Positions 1-10,079 of a stretch of DNA of 64,000 bases are shown one piece after another; position 1 is the stretch's first letter, and every line of letters starts with the position of its first letter. The stretch comes from Planctomycetota bacterium. Lineage in GTDB: Bacteria > Planctomycetota > B15-G4. Position numbers and translations under genes: made by a program. The DNA lies in NCBI GenBank assembly GCA_965248575.1, contig CBDFJQ010000002.1, positions 1,760,001-1,824,000 on the forward strand, written 5' to 3'. The notes under the pieces were generated by a model that had not been told where the DNA came from, searched no databases, and was given only the letters and a program-made list of their open reading frames with translations.

Positions 1-1338
1 GAGTCGGGCGTGCGCCACCCCAAGCACTTCGGCTTCGACAGCTTCGCCGGCAGCATGAAGATCCTCAATGGCTTCGTGAGCGAGGCTTACTACGACTGGG
101 AGAAGGTCACCAACGGCAAGACCGAACAAACCCATACCTACGCCACCACCGACACGGTCAATGACGCCCTTCATTTCATCGAAGAGGCGGACGGGCCCTG
201 GTTCATGTGGCTTGCGTTCCATGCACCACACTCCCCCTTCCACAAGCCGCCTGCACGCCTGCACGGCTACGACCTGCCGGTCATTGTGAAGGATGATCTC
301 GCGCTGCACATGTACGCCATGATGGAGGCGCTGGACACGGAGATCGGGCGACTCCTGCAAAACATGGACCCGGAGGTGCGCGACAACACCGTCATCATCT
401 TCGTGGGGGACAACGGCAGCCCCGCCAGCGTCACCGTCCCCCCCTACAACCCCAAGCACGCCAAGAACACGCTCTATGAAGGTGGGCTCAACGTGCCGTT
501 GATCGTGGCCGGGCCGGGCGTGGCCGAGGGAGCCGAGAGCGGCGCGCTGGTGAACACCACGGACATCTTCGCCACCGTGCTGGACGTTTCGGAGCCGCCC
601 CTACACCAGGCGACGGCCAAGCCCCCGGCCGACTCCGTCTCCTTCCGTCCGTTCTTCAGCGACCCGGGGGCCTCCTCCCTACGACCGTGGGTGTACGCCG
701 AGCGCTTCCTTCCCAACGGCTTCAACCCCGTAGAGACCCGGCGCGCGATGCGCGAGAACCGCTTCAAGCTGATCCAATCCCTGGATCACACCGACACCGT
801 GGTGCTCGAAGAGCTGTACGACCTCGTGGACGATCCGACCGAGGACAACGACCTGATGTTGGTCCCGGCCCTCTCGCCCACGACCCAGGTCATCTATCAA
901 TACCTGCACGACGAGATGGCCTTCCTCGACCCGCCCAGCCCTTGGACGCATCTGGACGACGGCAGCGTGCTGAAGAGCAGTGCTCCCCAGCTCCAAGCGA
1001 GCGGTTCCCCCAGCGCCGGAGCCGTACTCCAACTCTCCCTGACCCAAGCCCCAGCAAACACCCTGACGCTGCTGGTGACGGGCTACAGCGCCTCAACGAC
1101 CGTCCCCTACCAGGAAGGGGTGCTGCACCCCGACGTGCGCCGCTTGTTCCCCACCCGCACCGACAGCAACGGTCGGGTGAATCTCGCAGCCCGCTGGCCA
1201 GCACACGCCCCCGAAACCGGCGCCCTGGCCTTCCAGTTCCTCTTCCCCGCCCAAACCAAGCGCAAGAGCGCCGCCAATTCAGCCCCCCCCACGCGCTCCA
1301 ACGCCATCCAGCTCCAGCTCACCAGCGCCCAGCCCTAG
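1..1338 (+). CDS. Sulfatase (S1/arylsulfatase-like), 5'-truncated by the window edge, with an extra ~130-aa C-terminal beta-rich domain
   Basis: Frame open from base 1. Sulfatase motifs WLAFHAPHSPFH, VIIFVGDNG, KNTLYEGGLNVPLIV, ELYDLVDDPTE. The catalytic N-terminal motif lies outside the window. Confidence 0.85.
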   Translation, partial: ESGVRHPKHFGFDSFAGSMKILNGFVSEAYYDWEKVTNGKTEQTHTYATTDTVNDALHFIEEADGPWFMWLAFHAPHSPFHKPPARLHGYDLPVIVKDDLALHMYAMMEALDTEIGRLLQNMDPEVRDNTVIIFVGDNGSPASVTVPPYNPKHAKNTLYEGGLNVPLIVAGPGVAEGAESGALVNTTDIFATVLDVSEPPLHQATAKPPADSVSFRPFFSDPGASSLRPWVYAERFLPNGFNPVETRRAMRENRFKLIQSLDHTDTVVLEELYDLVDDPTEDNDLMLVPALSPTTQVIYQYLHDEMAFLDPPSPWTHLDDGSVLKSSAPQLQASGSPSAGAVLQLSLTQAPANTLTLLVTGYSASTTVPYQEGVLHPDVRRLFPTRTDSNGRVNLAARWPAHAPETGALAFQFLFPAQTKRKSAANSAPPTRSNAIQLQLTSAQP

Positions 1339-1384
1339 CTCGGAGCCCCTCGCGGTTCGCAGCAGCCCTCGAGCAAACCCGCCC

Positions 1385-3316
1385 TCAGGCCGATCGCTCT
1401 TCGAGCTGTTCCCAACGAGCATAGGCCTCCAAGACCTGCTGCTCAGCTGCCGCACGCTTCTGCTCCACCTCACGCCGCTTCTCCCTGGGTCCGGCGTACA
1501 AATCCGGCTGCGCCAACTGCTCGTCCAAGGACACGACCAGCGCCTCGGCCGCTGCAATCCGATCGGGCAGCGCGTCGTATTCGTTCTGCTCCCAGTTACT
1601 CAAGCGCTTGGGAGCAGAAGCCGGCGGCACGGCGTCGGCTTCGCGCGCCGCACGTCGCTTCGCGCGGACCTGGTTCTCTTCCGAACGCTCTGCCTGCTTG
1701 CGCTCCTCCACCATGCGCTCGATCAAGCGGCTCACTGCGCAGGCGTCCTGGCGCGCGTTGCCCTCACCGTCCAGGTGCACGACACGCGTGGCCACACGGT
1801 CCAGGAAGTAGCGGTCGTGGCTCACCACCAACACCGTGCCGGGGAAAGCCACCAGGGCCTCCTCCAAGGCGCGCAACGTCATGAGGTCCAGGTCGTTGGT
1901 GGGTTCGTCCAGCAGCAGCACATTGCCACCGGCGCACAGCAGCTTGGCCAGCAACACGCGGTTGCGCTCGCCGCCCGAGAGCTTGCCCACCAAGGCGTGC
2001 TTCTGATCCCCGGCAAAGAGGAACTGATCCAGGAAGCTCTCCACCCGGCGCACGTCCTCGCCCACGCGCACATGGGCGCCCACCCCGGCCACCTCCTGGG
2101 ACACAGTCTTGTACGGGTCCAGCTGGGTGCGCTTCTGATCGATGGACGCGAAGCGCACGGTCTCACCCACGATGACGCTCCCTGCGTCGGGCTCCAACAC
2201 TCCCTCCAGCAGTCGCAACAAGGTGCTCTTGCCAGCGCCGTTGGGACCGATGATGCCCAGGCGTTCCCCGGCGCCCAGCTCGAGATCCAGATTGCGCAAG
2301 ACAGTGCGGCCGTCGAAGGCCTTGGTCAGGCCGTGGGTGGCGAGCACCTTGGTGCCCAGGCGCGGCCCGGGAGGCAGGCGGAACTCCAAACCAGCCGAGC
2401 TGCGCTCCGGGGCCGCGTCGACCAGATCTTCATAGCGGTCGATGCGGGCCTTCGCCTTGGTGCTCCGTGCCGGAGGGCCGCGGCGCATCCAGGCCGTCTC
2501 CCGGCGCAACAGATTGCAGCGCGCCGACTCCACCCGGCGTGCGCCTTCCAGGCGTGCCATGCGCGCCACGAGATAGTCGCCGTAGCCGCCCACGTACTCG
2601 TGCGCCACCCCGCCATCCACCTCGATGATGCGATCCACCACGCGATCGAGCACATAGCGATCGTGGGTGACCATCAGCAAGGACGCCCGGGACTCCAGCA
2701 GGTAGTCCTCCAACCAATCGATGGTCTCCACGTCGAGGTGGTTGGTGGGCTCGTCCAGCAAGAGCAGGTCGGGCTCGGACAAGAGCAGCCGGGCCAAGGC
2801 CACACGCCGCGCCTCGCCGCCTGAGAGTTCGGTGCAGGTGCGGTTGGGGTCGAGCAGACCCAGGCCCGCCAGCAATGCGTCCACCCTGTGGTCGACCTCG
2901 TACCCACCAAGGGACGCCAGCCGGTCTTCGAGCCGGGCCTGGTCCGCCAGCAGGCGCTCCACCTCTTGGGGGCCGGCGCAGGCCACCTCGAGCGCGGCGT
3001 GCACCCGTGAAATCTCGTCCAGCACCTCCGCCCGCCCTTCGAGCCCCTCGCGCACGGCTTCGCGCAAGGTGGCAGCCGCCGGGAGTACGGGTTCCTGCTC
3101 GAGATAACCCACCGACAGCCCACGTTTGGGGATCACATCCCCCTCATCCGCCGTCTCCAGACTGGCGGCGATGCGCAGCAAGGTGGTCTTTCCACAGCCG
3201 TTGGCGCCCAGCAGGCCCACTCGCTCCCGCTCCTGCACGAACAGCGAGATCCCGCGCAGCAGATGGCGGTCGCCATAGGTCTTGTGGATCTCTTGCAGCG
3301 TCATCAGGGCAGCCAT
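1385..3316 (-). CDS. uup: ABC-F family ATPase (Uup-like)
   Basis: Two ABC domains (GANGCGKT/LSGGE/LLLDEPTNHLD and GPNGAGKS/LSGGE/LLLDEPTNDLD), no TM segments, linker RRGPPARSTKAKARI, Uup-type coiled-coil tail ending YARWEQLE. Start set at ATG 3316 (TGcTATCCT -10 lies 8 nt upstream). Confidence 0.88.
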   Translation of the reverse strand: MAALMTLQEIHKTYGDRHLLRGISLFVQERERVGLLGANGCGKTTLLRIAASLETADEGDVIPKRGLSVGYLEQEPVLPAAATLREAVREGLEGRAEVLDEISRVHAALEVACAGPQEVERLLADQARLEDRLASLGGYEVDHRVDALLAGLGLLDPNRTCTELSGGEARRVALARLLLSEPDLLLLDEPTNHLDVETIDWLEDYLLESRASLLMVTHDRYVLDRVVDRIIEVDGGVAHEYVGGYGDYLVARMARLEGARRVESARCNLLRRETAWMRRGPPARSTKAKARIDRYEDLVDAAPERSSAGLEFRLPPGPRLGTKVLATHGLTKAFDGRTVLRNLDLELGAGERLGIIGPNGAGKSTLLRLLEGVLEPDAGSVIVGETVRFASIDQKRTQLDPYKTVSQEVAGVGAHVRVGEDVRRVESFLDQFLFAGDQKHALVGKLSGGERNRVLLAKLLCAGGNVLLLDEPTNDLDLMTLRALEEALVAFPGTVLVVSHDRYFLDRVATRVVHLDGEGNARQDACAVSRLIERMVEERKQAERSEENQVRAKRRAAREADAVPPASAPKRLSNWEQNEYDALPDRIAAAEALVVSLDEQLAQPDLYAGPREKRREVEQKRAAAEQQVLEAYARWEQLEERSA

Positions 3317-3408
3317 GGCGCGGGAGGATAGCACCCGCTGTCTCCCTTTGACTGCGCGCATGCTCCAATGGTGGGCCCCCCGGTTGTGGGTCTTGAGGAG
3401 GAGTCGGT

Positions 3409-6400
3409 ATGAGCAGCTCGCTGCGATGGATCCTGTTGCTGGTCATGGCGCTCGCTGTCGTCGGCGTCGCCCTCTGGTTGGACGGCGAACCAGCGGCGGA
3501 GATCGCGGGCGGGTCTTTGACGGGCCCTGGGTCGACTGACCCTGGCCGTGGCCCGGAAGAGGCTGACCTGCCGAGCACCTGGGACGATGCGCCCCAGCCC
3601 GTGGCCGCCGAACCCGAGGCACTGCGTGTCGAGCACGCTTCCAGCCTCGCCGCCTCAACCAAGGCTGAGCAGGCACCGCGGCTCCGCGTCCAGGTACTGG
3701 GGCGTCTCGTCTCCGTCGAGGGTCGACCGGTCGCCGACGCCACTGTCTCCCTCATGGACGGCCCCGTGCCCCACCTCCAGGCCGCCATCATGGGTGGCGC
3801 CCTCGGGGACATCGCCGATGAGCAGGACGAGGGCGGCGAACCGCGAGCCAAAGTGACGACACTTCTGGGCATCGGCCGGGACACCACCGACAAGGACGGC
3901 CGCTTTCGCATCGACGCCCCGCTGCCGAAGGAAGACGGTAACAGGGAAGAGGCCATCCCCTTCCTCGACACTTCGCTGCTCAGCGGATCACGACTCTACG
4001 TGCAACACCCAGCTTTCGTGGCGGGCGAACACCCCGTCCCCAGCCTGGTGGCCGGAGAAGTGGACGCCGGAACGCTTGTGCTGGAGGCCGCTGGCCGCAT
4101 CACGGGCCGGGTGCTGGCGGCGGATGGCACGCCCCTGGACGGTGCACGCCTGGCCGTCCAAGAGGTCAAGAACCGTAAGGCCGGACTCGGAGAGCTGTTC
4201 AGCTTGATCAGTGGCAGCCCCGAGGCCGCGCTCACGTCCGAGTTGTCGGGAACCGACGGCCGCTTTCAAATGGGCGGCATGACCGCGGGCCGTTACACCT
4301 TGGCCGTGCAGGGCAAGGGGCACCCCCTGCTCGTCAGCGACGAGCTGGACGTCGTGGCGGGCCTGAGCATCGACGTGGGCGATCTGCGCCTGGCACGCGG
4401 TAGCTTCCTCGCCGGTCGCGTGCTGGACGGAGAGGGCCAAGCTGTTCCTGATTTGAAGGTGAATGCAGCGGCCCAGCTCTCCTCGGACGGGTTGGATGCG
4501 ATCTCGGGCTTGAGCACGCGATTGCTCGTGGGCGGCATGAGCAGCTCGGACTGGACGGACGAGGGAGGCAACTTCCGTATCGAGGGAGTGCCATCAGGGA
4601 CGCACGACCTGAAACTCGGCGGCCGGGACACGGGCTGGAGCCATCTCGAGCTGGACGATGTCGCCAGTGGCCGACGGGATGTGGAGCTCGTGGTGCATCG
4701 GCTGGGACACCTCCTGGTGACCGTACAAGACACCGACGGCCGGCCGATCCTCGGCGAGCTGAGCCTGAAACCGAAACGCTCCGAAGACGACCACCTGCTC
4801 TCGGTCTACACCCGGGACGAGCTGGCCGCGGACCTGGCATCCACGTCGAACAGCAAGAAGATCGCGCGCCTGAGCTCCCTGCCCGAGATTCCGCAAGGCG
4901 CCTACCTGCTCCGCTACGCCGGACGGGAAGGCACTGAACTCCGGATCAGCGGGGACGGCTACGCCACCTCCGTCCACGAGCTGCCGGCCGTGCTGGGGCC
5001 AGGCGTCGACACCCATCTCCTGCGCCTGCAGCCTGAATCGGTGCTCGCAGGCCGCGTCGTGGATGAGCAAGGCGCCCCGATCGTGGGGGCGACGGTCCGG
5101 GCGAAGGTGCCCGGGGGCGGCGGCAACGATTTCGGCTCCCTGCTCGCTGAAGGCTTCGACGCCAGCCGCAGCAGCTCCAACACCAAGATCACCACGGTGA
5201 CCACCACGAGCACCGGGGGCGACGACCCGCCGACGGTGACGAGCCAATCTTCATCGCCCAGCTCTGTCAGCGCCAGGTCTCGCAAGACCACGACCGATGC
5301 CGAGGGGCGCTTCCGCCTCGCGGGCCTCTCGGCGGGCACCTGGGAGCTTTCGGCGTCCTCCCGGCTCAGCATGGGCTCCGAGCCCCAGACGCTCTCGCTG
5401 AATGCGTCAGAGCAGCGCACGGATCTCGAACTCGTGCTGCCCAAGGGCGGCAGCATCGTGGGAGTGGTGGTGGATTCCTCTAGCCAACCCGTGGAGGGTG
5501 TTCGCATCGCCGTCGCCGTGCTGCGCACGGGGGGCTTGCTGGCCGGGCTCGCAGACCTCCAAGGCAACGTCGAACGGGAGATGGCCGCCAGCCTGGGGGC
5601 CATGGGTGACGACCGGGTCGTGAGCACAGACAGCGACGGGCACTTCGAGGTGCACGGCCTGCGCCCCGAGCACTACAGCGTCACCCTGAAGAAGCAGAGC
5701 ACGTCAGCCATCAGTCTCGACCTGGCGGGCCTCTTGAGCGGGCCGCCTCCCGAGGACGAACGCACACGCCACGTACAGGTGCTCGCCAACGAGAGCACGC
5801 AGGTGGACTTCGTGCGCCCCTCTCTCGGAGATCTCGAGGTGCGCGTCACGGCTGCAGGCCAGGCGGTCGCCGGGGCCGACGTCTCCTTGTCCGATCTCTC
5901 CAACAGCTTCATGGGCGTGAACCTGTCCCTCGACGGGCGCATCGAGCGCACGAACAGCGACGGCGTGGCGACCTTCCAGGAATTGGAGCCGGGCGGGTAC
6001 GGCGTGCAGGCCATGGTCCCCGGCGCCCTGCACCTGGAGGAGAGTGAGGTCGAGATGGAAGGTGGCCGAACCCAAGAACTGCATCTGACGTTCGGCGGCA
6101 TCACCCTGCGCGGCTCCGTCGTGGACGACCTGGACAACAGCAAGACGGCCGGCGCCCTCGTGCACCTGCGCCGCGCGGACCCGGAACAGGACGCGGCGCC
6201 CAGCGCCCTGGAGAGCCTCTTCGGCCAGAGTGTCAACGTAAACGTCAAGGTCGGCGACCAGAGCAACCGCAGCTCCGATGCGTCCGGCCTCTTCGGCTTC
6301 TCCGAGGAGTCCGTCGCGACGGACAGCAACGGTGAGTTCGAGATGAAGTTCCTCTCGCCCGGGCGCTGGGAAGTCTGGGCCGATGGCGACAACTGGGTGC

Positions 6401-6729
6401 CTGGGGAGAGTGCCTTCGTCACCCTGGAAGATTCGCTGGCACCCGACAGCGTCCGGCTGCACGTGCGGCGGGGCGCCACCCTCAAGGGTCAGGTGATCGA
6501 AGGCAGCAGTGAGGACCCGCTCGACGGCGTTCGGGTGGAGCTGCAGGACTCAGCCGGCAAACGTGTGCAGCGCACCGATTCGGACAACGGCGGCTACGTC
6601 TTCAGGGGCGTCGCCGCGGGCGACTATCAGTTGGTGATCCCCGGCGACGGCGACGACCGCGCACGGCGCCCGGTGCACGTCGGTTCCGACGCCCCCACCC
6701 TGACGATCCATCTTGTGACCTTGGACTGA
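3409..6729 (+). CDS. Large membrane-anchored protein with ~9 carboxypeptidase-regulatory-like (CnaB/transthyretin-like) beta-sandwich repeats
   Basis: GAGGAGGAG SD before ATG; N-terminal hydrophobic anchor; repeated GRV.D..G.P...A.V ... TD..G.F...GL..G.Y.L units. Confidence 0.8.
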   Translation: MSSSLRWILLLVMALAVVGVALWLDGEPAAEIAGGSLTGPGSTDPGRGPEEADLPSTWDDAPQPVAAEPEALRVEHASSLAASTKAEQAPRLRVQVLGRLVSVEGRPVADATVSLMDGPVPHLQAAIMGGALGDIADEQDEGGEPRAKVTTLLGIGRDTTDKDGRFRIDAPLPKEDGNREEAIPFLDTSLLSGSRLYVQHPAFVAGEHPVPSLVAGEVDAGTLVLEAAGRITGRVLAADGTPLDGARLAVQEVKNRKAGLGELFSLISGSPEAALTSELSGTDGRFQMGGMTAGRYTLAVQGKGHPLLVSDELDVVAGLSIDVGDLRLARGSFLAGRVLDGEGQAVPDLKVNAAAQLSSDGLDAISGLSTRLLVGGMSSSDWTDEGGNFRIEGVPSGTHDLKLGGRDTGWSHLELDDVASGRRDVELVVHRLGHLLVTVQDTDGRPILGELSLKPKRSEDDHLLSVYTRDELAADLASTSNSKKIARLSSLPEIPQGAYLLRYAGREGTELRISGDGYATSVHELPAVLGPGVDTHLLRLQPESVLAGRVVDEQGAPIVGATVRAKVPGGGGNDFGSLLAEGFDASRSSSNTKITTVTTTSTGGDDPPTVTSQSSSPSSVSARSRKTTTDAEGRFRLAGLSAGTWELSASSRLSMGSEPQTLSLNASEQRTDLELVLPKGGSIVGVVVDSSSQPVEGVRIAVAVLRTGGLLAGLADLQGNVEREMAASLGAMGDDRVVSTDSDGHFEVHGLRPEHYSVTLKKQSTSAISLDLAGLLSGPPPEDERTRHVQVLANESTQVDFVRPSLGDLEVRVTAAGQAVAGADVSLSDLSNSFMGVNLSLDGRIERTNSDGVATFQELEPGGYGVQAMVPGALHLEESEVEMEGGRTQELHLTFGGITLRGSVVDDLDNSKTAGALVHLRRADPEQDAAPSALESLFGQSVNVNVKVGDQSNRSSDASGLFGFSEESVATDSNGEFEMKFLSPGRWEVWADGDNWVPGESAFVTLEDSLAPDSVRLHVRRGATLKGQVIEGSSEDPLDGVRVELQDSAGKRVQRTDSDNGGYVFRGVAAGDYQLVIPGDGDDRARRPVHVGSDAPTLTIHLVTLD

Positions 6730-6737
6730 ACCGGGGA

Positions 6738-7634
6738 CTAGGGACTGACGAGCGCGGCCAAGCGATCGGCCCAACGCTCCACCGCATCCGGTGCATCCTC
6801 CAGGTAGAGCGAGGGGTCGAGCAGCTCGACTTCCATCAGCTCGAAGCGGCCGTTGCGCTGGACCCCGTCCACCCGGGCATAGACCTGGGGGCCTGGGCAG
6901 GTGTGCAGGACCTGCGCCGCGAACTCCACCAGTTCGAGCGGTGGATCGATGCGCAGCTTGCTTCCGCCAAACTCCTCGTGCACTCGGAACTCACCCTGCC
7001 CCGGGTGCTTGATCACGGCGTGACTGAAGGCACCCGCAAAGAACAGCAGCGAGAGCTCGCCTTCCGTGGCGATCTCCGAGGCGAAGCACTGCACGAGCAT
7101 GTCGTGCCCGGCATGCACCGTAGCCCAGCGCTGCTCCTGTCCGGCTCGCTCAGGACCGGGGGCGTGCTGACGCACCCGGAACGTCTCCCAGCCGCCCAGG
7201 GAGATGACGGGCTTGACCACCGCCTCGTCCCACTCCAGCTCTTCGAGCAGCGCGTGTAGCGAGACCTCCCCGCCCTTGTCCACGACACGCGTGGGCAAGA
7301 CCGGAAAACCCGCGGCTTCCAACTCCAGGAGGTGGCGCTTGTCGAGGTTCCAGCGCAGCACGTGCGGCGGATTCCAGACGGGCACGTCGAGGCCTTCCAG
7401 GGCGTCGATCCAGCGCGCGAACTTCTCCGGAGCCAGATGGTAGTCCCAGCACGAACGCACCACGACGGCATCGCAGGCGGCCAGGGTCTCAAGCCCGTCT
7501 GTCCAGGGGATGGGGCAGGCCTGCACACCGCGCTGGGCGAGTGCGGGCAGCACCAACTGTTCATCCTCGTGCAGGTCGGGAAACTCCTCACAGGTCACGA
7601 GCGCCAGTTTAGGCATGGGCTTGGGCATGGGCAT
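6738..7634 (-). CDS. ATP-grasp fold protein (RimK/glutathione-synthetase-like family)
   Basis: VVRSCWDY, WNLDKRHL, VVKPVISLGG, GELSLLFF, DFR-like EFRVHEEFGG, YARVDG, LMEVELLDPSLY. Start moved to ATG 7634. Confidence 0.8.
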   Translation of the reverse strand: MPMPKPMPKLALVTCEEFPDLHEDEQLVLPALAQRGVQACPIPWTDGLETLAACDAVVVRSCWDYHLAPEKFARWIDALEGLDVPVWNPPHVLRWNLDKRHLLELEAAGFPVLPTRVVDKGGEVSLHALLEELEWDEAVVKPVISLGGWETFRVRQHAPGPERAGQEQRWATVHAGHDMLVQCFASEIATEGELSLLFFAGAFSHAVIKHPGQGEFRVHEEFGGSKLRIDPPLELVEFAAQVLHTCPGPQVYARVDGVQRNGRFELMEVELLDPSLYLEDAPDAVERWADRLAALVSP

Positions 7635-7663
7635 GGGCGCACGATACCCAAAGCCCGCACGGC

Positions 7664-9229
7664 TCAGCGCTTGGGAAGTTGCACCAGCACGCTGAAGACG
7701 TCGCCGTCCAACGTGCCGCGGATACTGCCTCCCAAGGCCTCGATGATCTTGCGGCACAGCGCGAGACCCAAGCCTGCGTGACGCCCGGTCTCCCCACGCG
7801 AAGAGTCAGCGCGCCAGAAGGCCTCGAAGGCCCGTCGCGGCAGATCGGGGTGGGCCCCTTGCACCGGGTTGCTCACCTCGAGCGCCCAGTGTTCGCCGGC
7901 GTCCAGCAACTCGACACGCAAGGCCGAGCAACGGGGCGCATAGGCGACGGCATTCTCCACGAGGTTGTCCACCACGCGACCCAGCAGGGCGGCATCGGTG
8001 GTCAAGCTGGCCCCACTCGGCACGTCCACCTGCCAACGCTGCTCGCGCTCCGTGGCGAGCGCAGCATGGGTCTCCAACGCCCGCGCCAACAGCGAGCTCA
8101 TGGTCACGGTGTCCGGGGCGCGCGTGGAGGCGCGAGAGACCCGCGCCAAGGCGAGCAGGGTCTCCACCAGGGACTGCATCTCGAGCGCGATGGCCAAGGA
8201 TTGCTCGGCGGTGCGCTTCCAGGCGTCACTTTCCCGGGGACGCGAGAGGGCCAACTCCAGCGTCGAGCGCAAACCCGCGATGGGCGTGCGCAGCTCGTGG
8301 GCTGCATCCGAAGCGAAGGCCTGCTCCCGCTCGAAGGTCTCCGAGATGCGGCCCATGAGTCCATTCAGCTGGTCCACCACGGGAGCCAGTTCCTTGGGGG
8401 CATCGGGCAGGGAGAAGCTTGCCTGGAGGTCGTCACCCGCATGCCTTCCCATCTGCTCCCGCAGGCGTTGCAGCGGTCGCAAGCCGACATGGACGATCCA
8501 GGACACGAGCCCGGCGCAGCCCGCGCTCGAGACCAGCCAGCCCATCACCAGCAGCCAACGCAGTTCGCTCAGGGCCCCGGCGATGCCCGTGGTGCCGTGC
8601 CCCACCACCAACTCCACCACGCGCGGCGTGGGCTCCGGCTCGTAGGGAGGGGGCCCGTGGCGATCGAGCGGGTCCCTCGGTTCGTCGCCCGTTGCGCCGC
8701 TCGCTCGCCGAGCCAAGCGCCCCCGCAAGCCCTGCGCGCGTGGGCCGCGCTCGTCCGGCGGCGGGCGCTCGCGGCTCTGGTAGCGAAAGGCCATGAGCCG
8801 CACCGGCTCCTGCGACTCACCGAGCAAGCGTTCGTCTCGGTAGGGCTGCGCGGTGCTCAGGTCGCCCATTTCGAGCGCTTCAAGGTCTTGGGCCACTCGC
8901 GGCAGCTCATCCTCACCCAAGGAATCCGACCGGAAGATGGTCTCACCGTTCTCATCCCAGGCCTGCAGAAGAACGTCCTCTTGCTCTGGGAGCAACCAGC
9001 CCAGCAACGACTTCTTGCGCGGTGGGCGGCGCCTCCCCGGCGGGTCCTGTCGATCCCTCTCGCGCGCCACATCGGTCACGCTCGAGCGCAGCACGGCCTC
9101 GAGGCTCGTGTCGAGGGCCTCACTCAGTTGCGACTCCACCACGGCATGCACCGCCACACCTGTCAGCGCCAGGAACAACGTGATGCCGGCCAACAGACCC
9201 AGGACGAGACGCGTGCGCAGGGAGCTCAC
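7664..9229 (-). CDS. Sensor histidine kinase (HAMP-HisKA-HATPase; QseC/CzcS-like)
   Basis: Two TM segments, H-box DAAHELRTP, N-box NLVENAVAY, FEAFWRAD, GLGLAL. GTG start overlaps the regulator stop. Confidence 0.92.
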   Translation of the reverse strand: MSSLRTRLVLGLLAGITLFLALTGVAVHAVVESQLSEALDTSLEAVLRSSVTDVARERDRQDPPGRRRPPRKKSLLGWLLPEQEDVLLQAWDENGETIFRSDSLGEDELPRVAQDLEALEMGDLSTAQPYRDERLLGESQEPVRLMAFRYQSRERPPPDERGPRAQGLRGRLARRASGATGDEPRDPLDRHGPPPYEPEPTPRVVELVVGHGTTGIAGALSELRWLLVMGWLVSSAGCAGLVSWIVHVGLRPLQRLREQMGRHAGDDLQASFSLPDAPKELAPVVDQLNGLMGRISETFEREQAFASDAAHELRTPIAGLRSTLELALSRPRESDAWKRTAEQSLAIALEMQSLVETLLALARVSRASTRAPDTVTMSSLLARALETHAALATEREQRWQVDVPSGASLTTDAALLGRVVDNLVENAVAYAPRCSALRVELLDAGEHWALEVSNPVQGAHPDLPRRAFEAFWRADSSRGETGRHAGLGLALCRKIIEALGGSIRGTLDGDVFSVLVQLPKR

Positions 9230-9903
9230 GCGTCGGGAGCCTTCAGCATGTAGCCTTCACCCCGTCGCGTGGTGATCAACTTCGGGTGCTCCGGGCGCTC
9301 AAGCTTCTTGCGCAGGTAACCCACATAGACGTCGACCACATTGCTGGTGGCATCGGAGTGTTCGTCGTAGAGGTGTTCCCAGATGGCGGTGCGCGACACC
9401 ACTTCACCCTCGCGCAACAACAGGTACTCCAGCAGCGCATACTCGCGGGCCGTCAGCAGCACCGCCTCGCCGGCGACGCTGACGCTGTGGCGCGTCGTGT
9501 CCACTTCCAGATGCCCGATGGTCTGCACGGGTGATGTCGCACCGTAGCGGCGCCGCAAGAGCGCGCGCACCCGGGCCAGCAACTCGTCCATGGCAAAGGG
9601 TTTGCTCAGGTAGTCGTCGGCACCCGCATCCAAGCCTCCAACCCGGTCCTCCACCGCATCCCGTGCCGTGAGCAGCAGGACCTGGCAGGGGCGCTCGGCT
9701 TCGCGCACGCGCTTCAGGATGTCGAGGCCGGACAATTCCGGCAGTTGGATGTCCAAAAGCAGCACGTCGTAGTCACAGGTGCTGGCCCGGTGCCACCCGT
9801 CCCGCCCGTCGGCCGACTCATCCACCGAGTGGCCCTCCTCGCGCAGAGCCTCCGACACGGCGAGTCGCAAAGGGGCGTAGTCTTCGACGACGAGCAGGCG
9901 CAA
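9226..9903 (-). CDS. OmpR/PhoB-family DNA-binding response regulator
   Basis: LLVVED, LLDIQLP, LTARD, GADDYLSKPF, LTAREYALLEYL, NVVDVYVGYLRKKL, TRRGEGY. Confidence 0.95.
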   Translation of the reverse strand: MRLLVVEDYAPLRLAVSEALREEGHSVDESADGRDGWHRASTCDYDVLLLDIQLPELSGLDILKRVREAERPCQVLLLTARDAVEDRVGGLDAGADDYLSKPFAMDELLARVRALLRRRYGATSPVQTIGHLEVDTTRHSVSVAGEAVLLTAREYALLEYLLLREGEVVSRTAIWEHLYDEHSDATSNVVDVYVGYLRKKLERPEHPKLITTRRGEGYMLKAPDA

Positions 9904-9985
9904 GACGAGGGATCCGAACGAGGGTGGAACGCGAGACGCGCCGGAACGCAGGACGGCGGCCGTCAGTGTAGCGAAGCTCAGTGTT

Positions 9986-10072
9986 CATGAGAGGAGCATG
10001 AGTTCCTCAGCGCGCGGCCCTGGAAAAGACGCGGTTGCTCTCACGCTGCTCTCACCGGGGGTCTCCTAGAGT
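9986..10072. promoter_or_regulatory. Divergent promoter region with 11-bp-period direct repeats (candidate OmpR-family boxes) and a -10 element
   Basis: GCTCTCAC at 10037 and 10048 (+); CTCATG at 10002 and 9991 (-); TAGAGT at 10067-10072 (+); TACACT at 9970-9965 (-). Confidence 0.5.
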
Positions 10073-10079
10073 TCGTGCC

